DNA of 64,000 nt from Clostridia bacterium. Lineage in GTDB: Bacteria; Bacillota; Clostridia; Christensenellales; UBA1242. Numbering within the stretch: position 1 is the stretch's first letter; every line of letters starts with the position of its first letter. Made by a program: the position numbers and the translations under genes. Location of the stretch: assembly GCA_009929275.1 (NCBI GenBank), contig SAAW01000002.1:3171-67170 (forward strand), written 5' to 3'. Below are positions 50,801 through 55,900 of this stretch, piece after piece. Below the pieces are notes generated by a model that saw only the letters and a program-made list of their open reading frames with translations, made no database searches and was not told the DNA's origin.

Positions 50801-52761
50801 GAAATTGTAAGAATTTTTGGATTTTGACTTGTTATGCTCAAATTTTCAAGTGACGCATCAACAGGCAGACAATTGAATGAAATGTAAGCGTTAAAATTAT
50901 TTTCTATGTCCAGATTAAAGTCGCTGGTTGAATTGTTGTTTGAGAAAGCAACATTCCCAGCCTGCTCCGCCACCACTTTATTGTTATTCACGTCTAGCAC
51001 ATAATTGCCTGAACTGTCCACTTCATAATATAAATATGAATAGTCATAACTGCTTATCTCTCTTATTCCCTGTTCAACGGTAAGTTTGATTGTCGCCACT
51101 GCAAATGAAGCAGTGTCTGGCTTAACAGCACGCAAAACAACATAGTAAACCTGCCCAGCAGTGAAAGCAATGCTACCGCTGTTGTTAAGTTTAATATATA
51201 GTTTTGTATTAATGCTTAATTCAATGCAATCTGCCAAATTTTCCTTTGTCAACTGTCGTGTGACATTATTACTCTTATATGATATCGAAAGAATGTCAAG
51301 TGGGGAAACAAGCGCGTTTGAAGTTGAGTCAAAAAATTCCAAGGTAAATTTTGCATCGTCATTAAGCACAGTTATTGGGCTTGAAACTCCAATTTCAAAA
51401 GTTGTGCCAAGCAAAGAACTATCTGTGTCTATATACAAATTTTCTTCATAAGCATATTCACTCTCATCATTTTCATCTCCTGCAGAAATGCTTTCCATTT
51501 CAGTGTTGTTAATGGAAAATTTTTTGATTAGATTAAAGCATTTTGCAACATAGTTGTGAGTGAGTGGAAAACCTTCCACAAGATAATTCTTATAATCACA
51601 AGTGAAAATTTGCGTGAATGTTCCGTTGGGATAGGAAGCGTTTATCGTCGTTATGTTTTTTGAGGCTGTAAGTCTATAATAAAACAAAGTATAAGTTGCG
51701 TCTTCATAACTTGTGTAGCCATAAGATAAGTCTTGATCTAAATATTCCACAGCACTGACTTTATACGTTTTTATATCAAAAGGAGATAGTGTGTCTTCCA
51801 AAAAAGAAAACGACACCAAAACTCCGTTTGACTTCGCCTTTAAAATTATATCAGCATAGTTGAGTTTGTCAAAATTGACGACAAATTCTTGGATTTCATT
51901 GTCAAAAATCCTGTTTTCTGCCACGACGTCGACCCTCTCACTGCCCAAATAAATTTCAAATTCGCTTATTTCAGGGAGAATTTGCAAAACTGTGGTCGCT
52001 GTGAGGTCGTCTTTTAAAGGATTATCATAGACAGCCATCACCACAATGCTTTCAAGAGTTGTCTTGTTTGCAATCACTGTCAAATTTTTGGAAATGGCAT
52101 TAAAACTTAGCCCAAAACCCACAAGTTCACTTTCTGTGTATTTCACAAATTCATTACTAACAATTTGACCAAACTGAAAGGAAATGGAATCGTCGCTAGT
52201 TGTCGAAAAGATTGGTTCGCAAACAATTTGATTTTCAAAGTTGATTGTTGAATTTCTTTCGTTTGTGAGAGCAAGATTGCCGTCTTTAAAACTGATGCTT
52301 TCAGCAACTTGCTTAACATAAACTTTTATTGAAGATGATTTGCTTCCTTCAAGACTGATGACATTAACATCGGCTCTTCCAACACTTGTCGCAGTTATTC
52401 TAGTTCGCACTCCGTTCTCAATATATTCAATATTGTCGTTGACTGTAACAACAGGATTTGAAATGTTAAATTTTGCCCCATATCTAAAATCATTTGGCAC
52501 ATTATCAAAAATGACATCAAGATTTGCCCAAGTTGAACTTTCATCTATATAAAAGGTGTAGCTTCCGTCTATATTCACGTCAAAAGTGCCTGTGGAAGTC
52601 GTCACACGCTTTGTTCCATTGTCAAGAGAAATGGAATTTTCCTGTGAATAATAGAGTTGCGAAGTCATAACAAGGTTGCTATAGCGAGAATCACAACCAA
52701 ATAAAGAAAAACAACACGAGAGTAAGAATATTAAAATAAATCCGTAAAAAACTCTTTTCAT
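35899..52761 (-). CDS. Giant (5,620 aa) surface lipoprotein with Ig-like segments and six GLUG-repeat supermodules
   Basis: Single uninterrupted 16,863-nt frame with AAGGA 5 nt before the ATG. N-terminus is MKRVFYGFILIFLLSCCFSLFG-C23. Contains dozens of [VI]GG[ILV][VIA]G...G.I.N repeats (GLUG motif). No LPXTG, SLH or HExxH motif seen. Confidence 0.9.
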   Translation of the reverse strand: MKRVFYGFILIFLLSCCFSLFGCDSRYSNLVMTSQLYYSQENSISLDNGTKRVTTSTGTFDVNIDGSYTFYIDESSTWANLDVIFDNVPNDFRYGAKFNISNPVVTVNDNIEYIENGVRTRITATSVGRADVNVISLEGSKSSSIKVYVKQVAESISFKDGNLALTNERNSTINFENQIVCEPIFSTTSDDSISFQFGQIVSNEFVKYTESELVGFGLSFNAISKNLTVIANKTTLESIVVMAVYDNPLKDDLTATTVLQILPEISEFEIYLGSERVDVVAENRIFDNEIQEFVVNFDKLNYADIILKAKSNGVLVSFSFLEDTLSPFDIKTYKVSAVEYLDQDLSYGYTSYEDATYTLFYYRLTASKNITTINASYPNGTFTQIFTCDYKNYLVEGFPLTHNYVAKCFNLIKKFSINNTEMESISAGDENDESEYAYEENLYIDTDSSLLGTTFEIGVSSPITVLNDDAKFTLEFFDSTSNALVSPLDILSISYKSNNVTRQLTKENLADCIELSINTKLYIKLNNSGSIAFTAGQVYYVVLRAVKPDTASFAVATIKLTVEQGIREISSYDYSYLYYEVDSSGNYVLDVNNNKVVAEQAGNVAFSNNNSTSDFNLDIENNFNAYISFNCLPVDASLENLSITSQNPKILTISQADDNKFLIETKSIGTTYIQISASNITEKYLLKVNVYKPITSMVISLPDYSVEKGVGRFELATDGNLLDATVKNNRNIAYNVTILPSKVTQYSISYVVSRNNGNSTTQVGTYSKDINGVVTGNANGIIDDTSNFRIDLVNKTFIFLNTQASNWTYTIRITLTNINGVEKVCEFTLSNYVCVETMSINLPVTTIYDPNTLSFQKQIQDIEDMELTNAVPTNDDSIFGVSVNAFSKDSGTPSFSFLENGRLSFMINGVKDSEYYSSSGILTSSYSASTSAVILLSSTAWDGYFWFKLNKDYNFSNVKTIVINALIKELDYYLSRDKSISVIKAVMSSSISVDYDAVSENNYELNFKKGLTSEQNITLRLIDSSSYNKNVLYLVLNEIEVNGTKYFALPEQTFGLVNVHINTGIEAQYNMSVKVNSSRLSTAYVLVLPQDKVLSSLMNDIINSFSYLSVSLSSDTFAQGMYYVLDEGEYVIAEEFDENESYFVRIKSNLTEVLSIWSGTLIFKIAVSDGVNTPYYVSTLEELKHICDSEESSTKNYILTKDISAFLVGNWETLGSNYYPADVSGELADDDYYLFSNGVYTLADMSEELQNETYYRTGFHGTLSGKYVVTGIENEIIGTNYYGITNLTYTENTSANSFGVIAKLGKNGKIENLSVKYSSFQPSFAQDLESFTFGGVVAVNYGMVDNVKVTFSNVYFGIDKTFTFGGLVGKNYGTIFQSENNLSGVKGSVNITLSSIDYIYNIGGMVGENYGILSGKYSMNETVNYTFNDAGFDSSLVMNIINSTAFAITSSSIGGVAGLNSGNISNVSVQGKIIATNCNNVGGIVGIQTYNEDFNGEKEVSVGGTTTHQTFYSLSNSYSIIVITANDNVGGAIGNIVGDSAESMVYIYNVSAENYSSNNSTRTLLTAHDNVGGLIGYAKFSNISYCYFISYFDCSSVLTNTQLNSNYDVVGNSQVAGLIGLFEDTDIYNCATNLNLKALSNASLFVYQTDINCTVTNAFAIGSLYVTTNGLYKLGFEGLVSGFSYSCVYDVRNALRKYSCLNSDVGISSEESIISIFNAGSYADMWNIDATKNINSGLPYLQILEVGTGIQQALFASSSINVVVIVKDNVSVTLDGYIKFDEDSLVIFLNSDKNGKYNSSDISSLNKINLDDLLDIVVYPQTSKTSRINVSSSKSSVVSFDSNGVMTIEGEGTAIIRFSSKLNSKFYKEIYVCVILGISNIDVYANVGLTSSLDGAEIELLKSSTQKIHIETSYDFTLASNETINLTSSKNIGIRFVVTEEDFQLLSGDPSEQTDSINSLFFMGNKSWQYNIEQRCYYVDIDPNGLFSINPIEAMPENKSLRISFIPYITPTFNLSISKIFFNEFSGEFTLAIVKGATNLVFEKNISKIEINQLQVAVIDVTIFTDYTDDFVMNNFEQIQLENEYFGFTGSGYSYYPSVENVQSISMTYTIWYKDKTHAIDGNINFSLLFWASSNTSLTKTLSLVITSFSALDSVGLSVYDELDDFPQESNSNNFIYNGVTGLLSVEVYPYFAKFSTLQLSYTTSSSSSLSIMQISYDASASYGDKWNSYNDSGAILQSDGSLVVQKISGQDTYKINTGNKYSYSKSYFFSLIVGSETLNGSQFLVTVNVLNSAGEIISTNQISVISLAQPVIELAFDNSLKGSDGKYYLPYNTSNELDVSLVNFSGKVNFLIENVTNYELTTAVEETLLPVYKNGKYYLTTLIYKGDGDDVHDPYIIGNEFVLTAQVDDGQNVYNYTLNFVITLFTVTNIEVQDALDGTLTLQTSTTIPLKVNVEAQFDSSITSSTDNWYSLWYQNNSSNSNDKLYQNINASGYEVEEYFQNYITNLKEKIAKATYNTSSSSISGVFSYVSDSDIQTYLTADTTYNDDIFRVENYKNLFAVVGLRVNKPSSLRYNVKLSYYVTSSVGTGMPNVENYNSDVSTSYKHTFSFTNNFNLTFVFKTDLINYIPISNAEDFMNMEEGKDYRLVNDIELSNYTPFSATFSSFDGNNHKIYITSFSYSSNTTSSCNLGLFSDVSNDSLIINTTVHYTNKIQTVDGEIIPSSIPLQISFYQTQAVIFGGIACVNNGVLSNCVVKGGVSISLDVDLTGENANTVETEKNGGLVTTNSSTGYITNSKVQNFSLICYGQTGGFVCNNLGKIVASYFDESSISNLSSDNLGGFAYSNSSSGEIFECFSQGVRSDSDRDIRNTGDGLASYGGDIGGFIYKNEGEISDCYSNIKTSSSSSMAGFFFVDTESSVISRCYSISYKNPDDNNTTAFPFAGPLSSSFEPRIEVKGILNNCFYLTSSETWRETGFYIQNSTNLSQTPATKKAVALSFDNFATHTSFTNYDLSLVYSTSEYIDSTLSKVHTYNYVDGYTWVIIEGKPVLVNTLINTVSEKEYIGKTKNYSSTYSYFDITSQTVTAGTNNQISNSKTKTIYYGVDVMNLTSYEIYSITIDTTLKTLTYEFAKRGNLEKMNIYYDISQGTENATLICAEIGDEEKQILDVETQDEQSVTSDENFRANDTIVITYNGNGEIVEITYKVLENASYSYTSNVSGVCDIQGTRTNPYLIYDYSTFSNLLSKDTSQKFYRIVKDVDLNKSFVSTVHSSFQGVLQGNYMTIENISLSYLNSNIVEGFDTTSFGLFASITTVADEKLSSGETFDTVISNLNLQVDQVLSNAHKFVGALAGRIGPSTYTVTDGTTGEEVVVESQNSNQKIFLNNISVAGLNTNSGYIYGKNAVGGLVGIATGKVIIKDITCDVSVNATFEISNTITFEILYTAYDTVDYVSYAGGVVGIFDVATVIDASTQKNYNATNIIVVGNNSYLGTIVGSAFGLVGKDAIVNYVNTTVAYNKSSYIKAIAYAGGLVGENRGTIISSSIVYEQEDESTVYVGYSEKTEHNFFYNSSRNVTIAIGGLVGINNGGTISNSLCSINVRNKRALIAGGAVGRMLEGTLENVVAGGSVVAKSIMGGLIGTLNDLSTIVNEGGYNANAIIKVQNLATQTTKQTYTDFLANSVLEENEFVTVIKDCVSATNWLINDYTYYKSILDSVGSVGGFIGLVSCVTGGQDVVARMNEFVKFSSSNFYSNTLYNQSTTFVSEYLVPVFISKTFDSYNSALTVDPITLYDENGIQSVFPYATTSFYNEVNMSNTLYRIRTDTNTLASSSSQGDMYMTKIYTISSSNPTTLTNDSQFFSEIGSEWTAPTVDRTFSWYKNHFGKFYQKITNNEGVDTYVAISTEASFISIIQGNANEMFYYVSTPVIADFEYSTQYLTETNKIVFFGTDATIRRGDDGYSFNTLTDFKAQTTISLNGITIPLQNATLEEVDSNLEVEETFTSIEYKFSGINLTLPDSRIISSLSFVVKSYMSGSTKWFYVESLTVFYLCENVPNSSSSAFDIFVNLTSTIANPTTTYSLNVSSKKVIYHAFENGYWSFDNNFFSSTYFVDGKFPRNEELADIYVWSSFITPFVGTNEIILTIDSAEDLAALAYSVNVLGQDYQGLEVLLIKDIDLSGKYWVPIGTDETPFRGTFKGTNSTSLFSIKYASVNEKSLYSSTNTFPSTLPKYAGLFGKVENATLQNFIVIGGEFNGENAGGIAGMAINSTISNVENRNTVIGKESAGGIVGANYSLAVGEVSSIINSKNYGEIKVVNKQTSSDPKLFMGGIVGRLNLLTDEDILNNVSLKLTTLTNNKNYGKLSLTNRLTNYTSLSSNIVSVFVGGLVGMCSLTNFSGENSNYGNITLATNAHEVYVGGAVGFVQDESTSETSISNFKNDASFTISYENSYKDTNILSAYCYVGGVVGLSFKEITLASSGGEIDFNCKRATLAEIAVAGVVAKTARSVPQSYNVSDITISSSDSTTTLTIGGVVGIFDLVSSLSVSDCYNSGNITTDSTSNIFVGGIVGRAKSENESNTLSISKCLNIGEIIIQSINESKNALGAIVAVDNYIYTGYINEADETQNIYLRNYYLRGSASSGNTSYFAMTSYDTPTASYKATNDILSFCDSQISTDLKDKTVSFIDWDFTNIWVQEFDTWYPTLKQNSINTLWVDKTSEVTSVNKVFIIENAEQLAFIAYQVNNGYMTTKNMTFKLKKQIDLANSYWTPIGTQEYPFSGTFDGDGFVIKNLTIDGDVLSNSLYGGLFGIVQDAVITNFGLESVIIKNVDYAGGVAYSVESSAVSKVFTEKENSSQSKVEGIKGAGGLIYQMINDYSNSNSLCNLKYSYNNVDVSGSLTGAESQIVGGIVAKMQNGIIDNSYNGENAVISRKEAVSGVDDGILVVGKVDQNCSMLNVFNLSTTVADASNTYSTCSPRIFTIDSAINSVIATTLSPIFDNLTVNGYELTDIWTKEYSLHKDSFSIYPSLRGLGQNWKNTESDSLLSYTYNSSSSTSISATKSQIIDDIEELGVPETLVSFASDNTTTSIKTIYLISSAVELSWLATNVNNGVFSTLNCEFLLVNDIDLSGKYWTPIGSSSLNAFRGIFNFNGHVISGLRIDSLSLNYGGLFGYTSNAQILNGYIDNAFIKVKSESTNSKIYLGTVVGFAENTTIKNVSVSTNIVGSSKAGTYVGGIVGLYTGSTGYKLKNVHVYKTGSTVDLGSYEDMVAEEVNGSLGVIRANTVDILAVCTSGLVYVGGVAGYLSGYETTGEDYVVEYADNETNIAGVSTSNSSNVFAGGIVSYGVSFSINASHNAGNVKTYSSKYDVVGGIVGYAYDSRILNCYFSDGYLESRQATGRETVNENIWSYVGGIVGWIYGGSLEYCVSVGNTRANTEIQDLNAGAIIGKAEQKTFDLGEVDKENVYSIDGTGFSISVGHYDSTCVLTDDLSYIFLTDMSIISDGDKFKPEYWSNTNQTLKDKRIFLMSCGDITLKALFPIDNPLINSINPGLYVSSFNENSVSYAQDTFELGDEIGIAVVIKVDGVLTYNYFKVEVGVMPDTGYDLSSFISVSETTDIVTCFVTIIRD
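36250..37505 (-). repeat. GLUG supermodule 6 (approx. aa 5085-5500)
   Basis: Cap motif IYLISSAVELSWLATNVNNGVFSTLNCEFLLVNDIDLSGKYWTPIGSSSLNAFRGIFNFNGHVISGL, then GG[IV]VG repeats. It ends near KFKPEYWSN. Boundaries are approximate. Confidence 0.55.
37690..38620 (-). repeat. GLUG supermodule 5 (approx. aa 4715-5025)
   Basis: Cap motif FIIENAEQLAFIAYQVNNGYMTTKNMTFKLKKQIDLANSYWTPIGTQEYPFSGTFDGDGFVIKNL. End motif LTDIWTKEYSLHKDSFSIYPSL. Confidence 0.55.
38664..40360 (-). repeat. GLUG supermodule 4 (approx. aa 4135-4700)
   Basis: Cap motif LTIDSAEDLAALAYSVNVLGQDYQGLEVLLIKDIDLSGKYWVPIGTDETPFRGTFKG. End motif WDFTNIWVQEFDTWYPTLK. Confidence 0.55.
41560..43089 (-). repeat. GLUG supermodule 3 (approx. 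aa 3225-3735)
   Basis: Cap motif PYLIYDYSTFSNLLSKDTSQKFYRIVKDVDLNKSFVSTVHSSFQGVLQGNYMTIENISL, then AVGGLVG/AGGVVG/AGGLVG repeats. Confidence 0.5.
43597..44880 (-). repeat. GLUG supermodule 2 (approx. aa 2628-3055)
   Basis: Cap motif IPISNAEDFMNMEEGKDYRLVNDIELSNYTPFSATFSSFDGNNHKIYITSF. It ends at GYTWVIIEGKPVLVNTL. Confidence 0.5.
44890..47520 (-). other. Ig-like / beta-sandwich region 2 (approx. aa 1748-2625)
   Basis: Big_2-style strings such as INVSSSKSSVVSFDSNGVMTIEGEGTAIIRFSSKLNSKFYKEIYVCV. No GLUG motifs. This is a by-eye call. Confidence 0.4.
47527..49245 (-). repeat. GLUG supermodule 1 (approx. aa 1173-1745)
   Basis: Looser cap motif YYVSTLEELKHICDSEESSTKNYILTKDISAFLVGNWETLG...GFHGTLSGKY, then FGGVVAVNYG, FGGLVGKNYG, IGGMVGENYG and similar. 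It ends at MWNIDATKNINSGLPYLQIL. Confidence 0.5.
49250..52692 (-). other. Ig-like / beta-sandwich region 1 (approx. aa 24-1170)
   Basis: Repeated about every 90-110 aa, segments end in strings like ITATSVGRADVNVISLEGSKSSSIKVYVKQ and LIETKSIGTTYIQISASNITEKYLLKVNVYKP. This is a by-eye call. Confidence 0.4.
52693..52761 (-). other. Lipoprotein signal peptide of the giant ORF (cleavage/lipidation at Cys23 predicted)
   Basis: MKRVFYGFILIFLLSCCFSLFG|C. It has a K/R n-region, a hydrophobic core and an L-F-G-C box, which is non-canonical because of F at position -2. Confidence 0.55.
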
Positions 52762-52826
52762 ATTTTCCTTTTTTTCTTTTTTTCCTTTCCTTTTCCCTTT
52801 TCAAACTAAACTCAAGCTATTTGTTA

Positions 52827-52835
52827 ATTCTATCA
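52827..52835 (-). promoter_or_regulatory. Possible extended -10 promoter (TGaTAGAAT) for the 5,620-aa ORF
   Basis: It lies within a 9-nt direct repeat TTTTGATAG x2. No good -35 element. It is followed by a purine-rich ~58-nt leader. Confidence 0.3.
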
Positions 52836-52930
52836 AAATACTCTAGAAAACACTATCAAAAATCTTCATTTTTCGCCAAAATTTTTCATCTTTCACCACC
52901 ATTTTTTAAGGCGTCCACCCACGCCCATTT

Positions 52931-55900
52931 TTAAATTGAATACACATTATAAAGGAATAGCACTCCTTGTGGGACAGATGCTTTTGTCCATTCAGGTTCA
53001 AGCACATCTTCACTTGTGGCAACATTGTCAAGTTCGTAAAGTTTTTCTAGCGCCATTGATTTTGAAGACAAGTCAGTCACATAATTTTCTTTTTTATAGA
53101 CATCTCTTGCGAAACTAATGTCTCCACCGCAATCATGAAATGCTAATGTTGAATATTTGCCGTCATAATATGTTGAGATAACCTTATAGGCATTAAATTT
53201 TGTTTCAACTTTTTTAACATCATCACCAGCCTCTGGAGTGTAATTCACAGAACTTGAAGAACCAACGCTTAAACCTTTCACTTCTAAGGAACTAATTTTG
53301 CTTGAATAAACAGTTCCCATTGATTGTAAATATAACTCTGTTCCATTTGAGGAAGAAAGATTTAAAGAGTTTATTCCATTTATAATGGAGTCATAAGTTG
53401 ATTTGTCTATTGCATTATATGCTAACATCAAATTTTCCCAACTCTTATCATCATTATCGTCAGATATTGTCATAAGATTATAAATTTTACTAAAACCAAA
53501 TTCTGGATACCTATATTTTGTGACTCCATCTTCAACATATTCCTGACTTGTGTAAGAAGTAACAACGACTTCAATCACATAGCCAACCTGTGCTTCTTTC
53601 CCTTCATTTGTTATATAACCTTGTCTGTCTGCCCAAGAAAAGACTTTGACGCCAGTTACTGTATCAGTCGTCCACGCACCAAGAGTGCCAAATTGAATGA
53701 CTTCGTTGTTTGCTTTTGCTCCGCTTTCCACAGAATTTGCATTCCAACCAACAATATTCCCGCGTCTGTCCACAATCTCGTATGTATTTATTTCTTCTAT
53801 GTCGCCTCCACCAAAATTTACAGAAGTTGCTGTTTCTTTAAAGCCATAATAATAATAGCCAAAGATTTGTCCTTGATTTGCACCAGATACATATGATGTG
53901 TCCGTAATCTTTCCTGCAATTCCGCCCACTGCACCTGAATATGCACTTGAGAAGTTTGAAGAAGCGTTGTAAGTCGTTTCGTCGCCAGTTTCTGCACAGA
54001 CAATTTTTGAACTTGAATTATCTTCCCACAAACTACTATCTACAATTGAATTACTGCTGCCCTCACCCAAACTTAAATTCGCAAAGTTTGAACAATTTGT
54101 CGTTACTTTACCTTCATCTGCACTAACTCCAACAATTCCACCAACAAAACTCTTGTTTGTTGCAATGATTGAACCTTCAGAAGTGTTTGCGCAATATTCA
54201 ATTGATCCAGTGTTTGCGCCCACAATTCCGCCAATATTTGCAAAGTCTGAAGTTATACTTGCTGAATTAATGCTGTTATAAATATAACCTCCATTCATTC
54301 CGCAAATTCCACCAAGATAAGAATCAGAATCTAGACCTAAACCTAACAAAATTTCATATTGATTTTCACAACAATAAATTATTCCAAATTTCTCTTCTTG
54401 TCCGGTGCCCCAAGGTGCATTATTCCCAACAATGCCACCAAAGGCTAAGATTCCATCTCCATCAACTGTCAAGTTAGCACTTATACTTTCACCAAGTTTG
54501 AGTGCAAAAGCAGAACCTCCCTGCATTTCACCAATTATGCCTCCAATTACAGTTCTTCCATTTGTTGATAATACAACATTTTTAAGGTCAATAGTTGCCG
54601 AAAATTTAACCAAATCAATTGTTGTTGTTGGAGTATTTGTGTCTTCTTTTTCATATCCCACAGGTCCAATTCTTGTGACCACACTCATTCCAACAAGACC
54701 TCCAACATAACCTGTGCTGTCTGTTGCAGTGAATGTGCCATTAACAGAAATTATTGATTTGTTAAGAACAACTTGTGCTTCATCAGCATAACCAATTGCT
54801 CCACCCACTGCTGTTTTTCCGTTCAAAGTAACATTTTTAATTTCGTCAACATTGATAATAACACTATAATTTTCTGCACCGCCAGCATAACCAATGATTC
54901 CACCTGCATAAGTTGCAGTCACAACACTTCCTTCTTTTGCGACAGAAGAAATTTTTCCGTCAGATGCTTTTCCAATGAGTGCCCCACCATAATAAACTCC
55001 ACTAACATTTGTCTGCAACTCTGCTATTTGAAAATCAAACACAACTCTATTATCGTTTGTATTTTCTGCTTTCACAGCCAACTCGCCCACAACACCGCCA
55101 CCATAAACTGAATCAAGAGAACCTGAAGCGATTACTGAAACTGGTTCTACAGCTGAATTAATTGTTCCGCCAGTCATAATTCCCACAACACCACCAAGGC
55201 TGACATTTTTAGAGTTAATGTTGTTTGCAACTCGTGAATCATCACTCTTACTTACACTATTAATTGTTCCAGCGTCCATTCTTCCAACATATCCGCCTGC
55301 ATATGAATTGTCGCCAGTTGCAATGACAACTCCCACTGTGCCACCATTTATTGTGCCAGTAGTTGTTATGTTTCCTCCATCTGAATCAGTTGTTTCACGA
55401 CTAGTCATCCAACCAACAATTCCACCAATATTATTGCCTGAAAGAGTTGTTGGAGCAGTTCCACCATCAATTGTTCCACCTGTCATTTTGCCCACCAAAC
55501 CACCGAGTGCAATGATGTTATTATCATTACTCTCTGTGCCTGTGATAATATTTATATCAGTGAGACTTCCACTTTGAATTGAACCATTTGCCATCTCACC
55601 CACAAATCCACCTGCAATATATTTCCCATACACAGTCTTTAAATCGTTATAAAAGAAATACATTCCCGACGATTCAGTCAAGTTGAAATCAAAGACCCCA
55701 CCATTCATATAGCCAACAAAGCCACCTGCATAGTCTGCACCTTCAGTGATGACTGCTTTTGCTTGCTCTGTGACATTGACACCTTTACTTATAACTCTTT
55801 CAAAAATACAGTCAGTTCCTTCAAGATATCCCACTACACCACCGCCATATGTGGCTGTGCCGACTTCTCCACCTTCCACAACAACAGAATTACTTCCAAT

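Noticed and set aside
52901-52930. GC-rich hairpin GGCGT-CCACCC-ACGCC just after the stop of the partial giant ORF, considered as a terminator between the two giants.
   Set aside because: On the coding (minus) strand it is followed by UUAAAAAAU rather than a U-tract, and the stem is only 5-6 bp. I kept it only as a possible RNA stability or processing element, not as a terminator.
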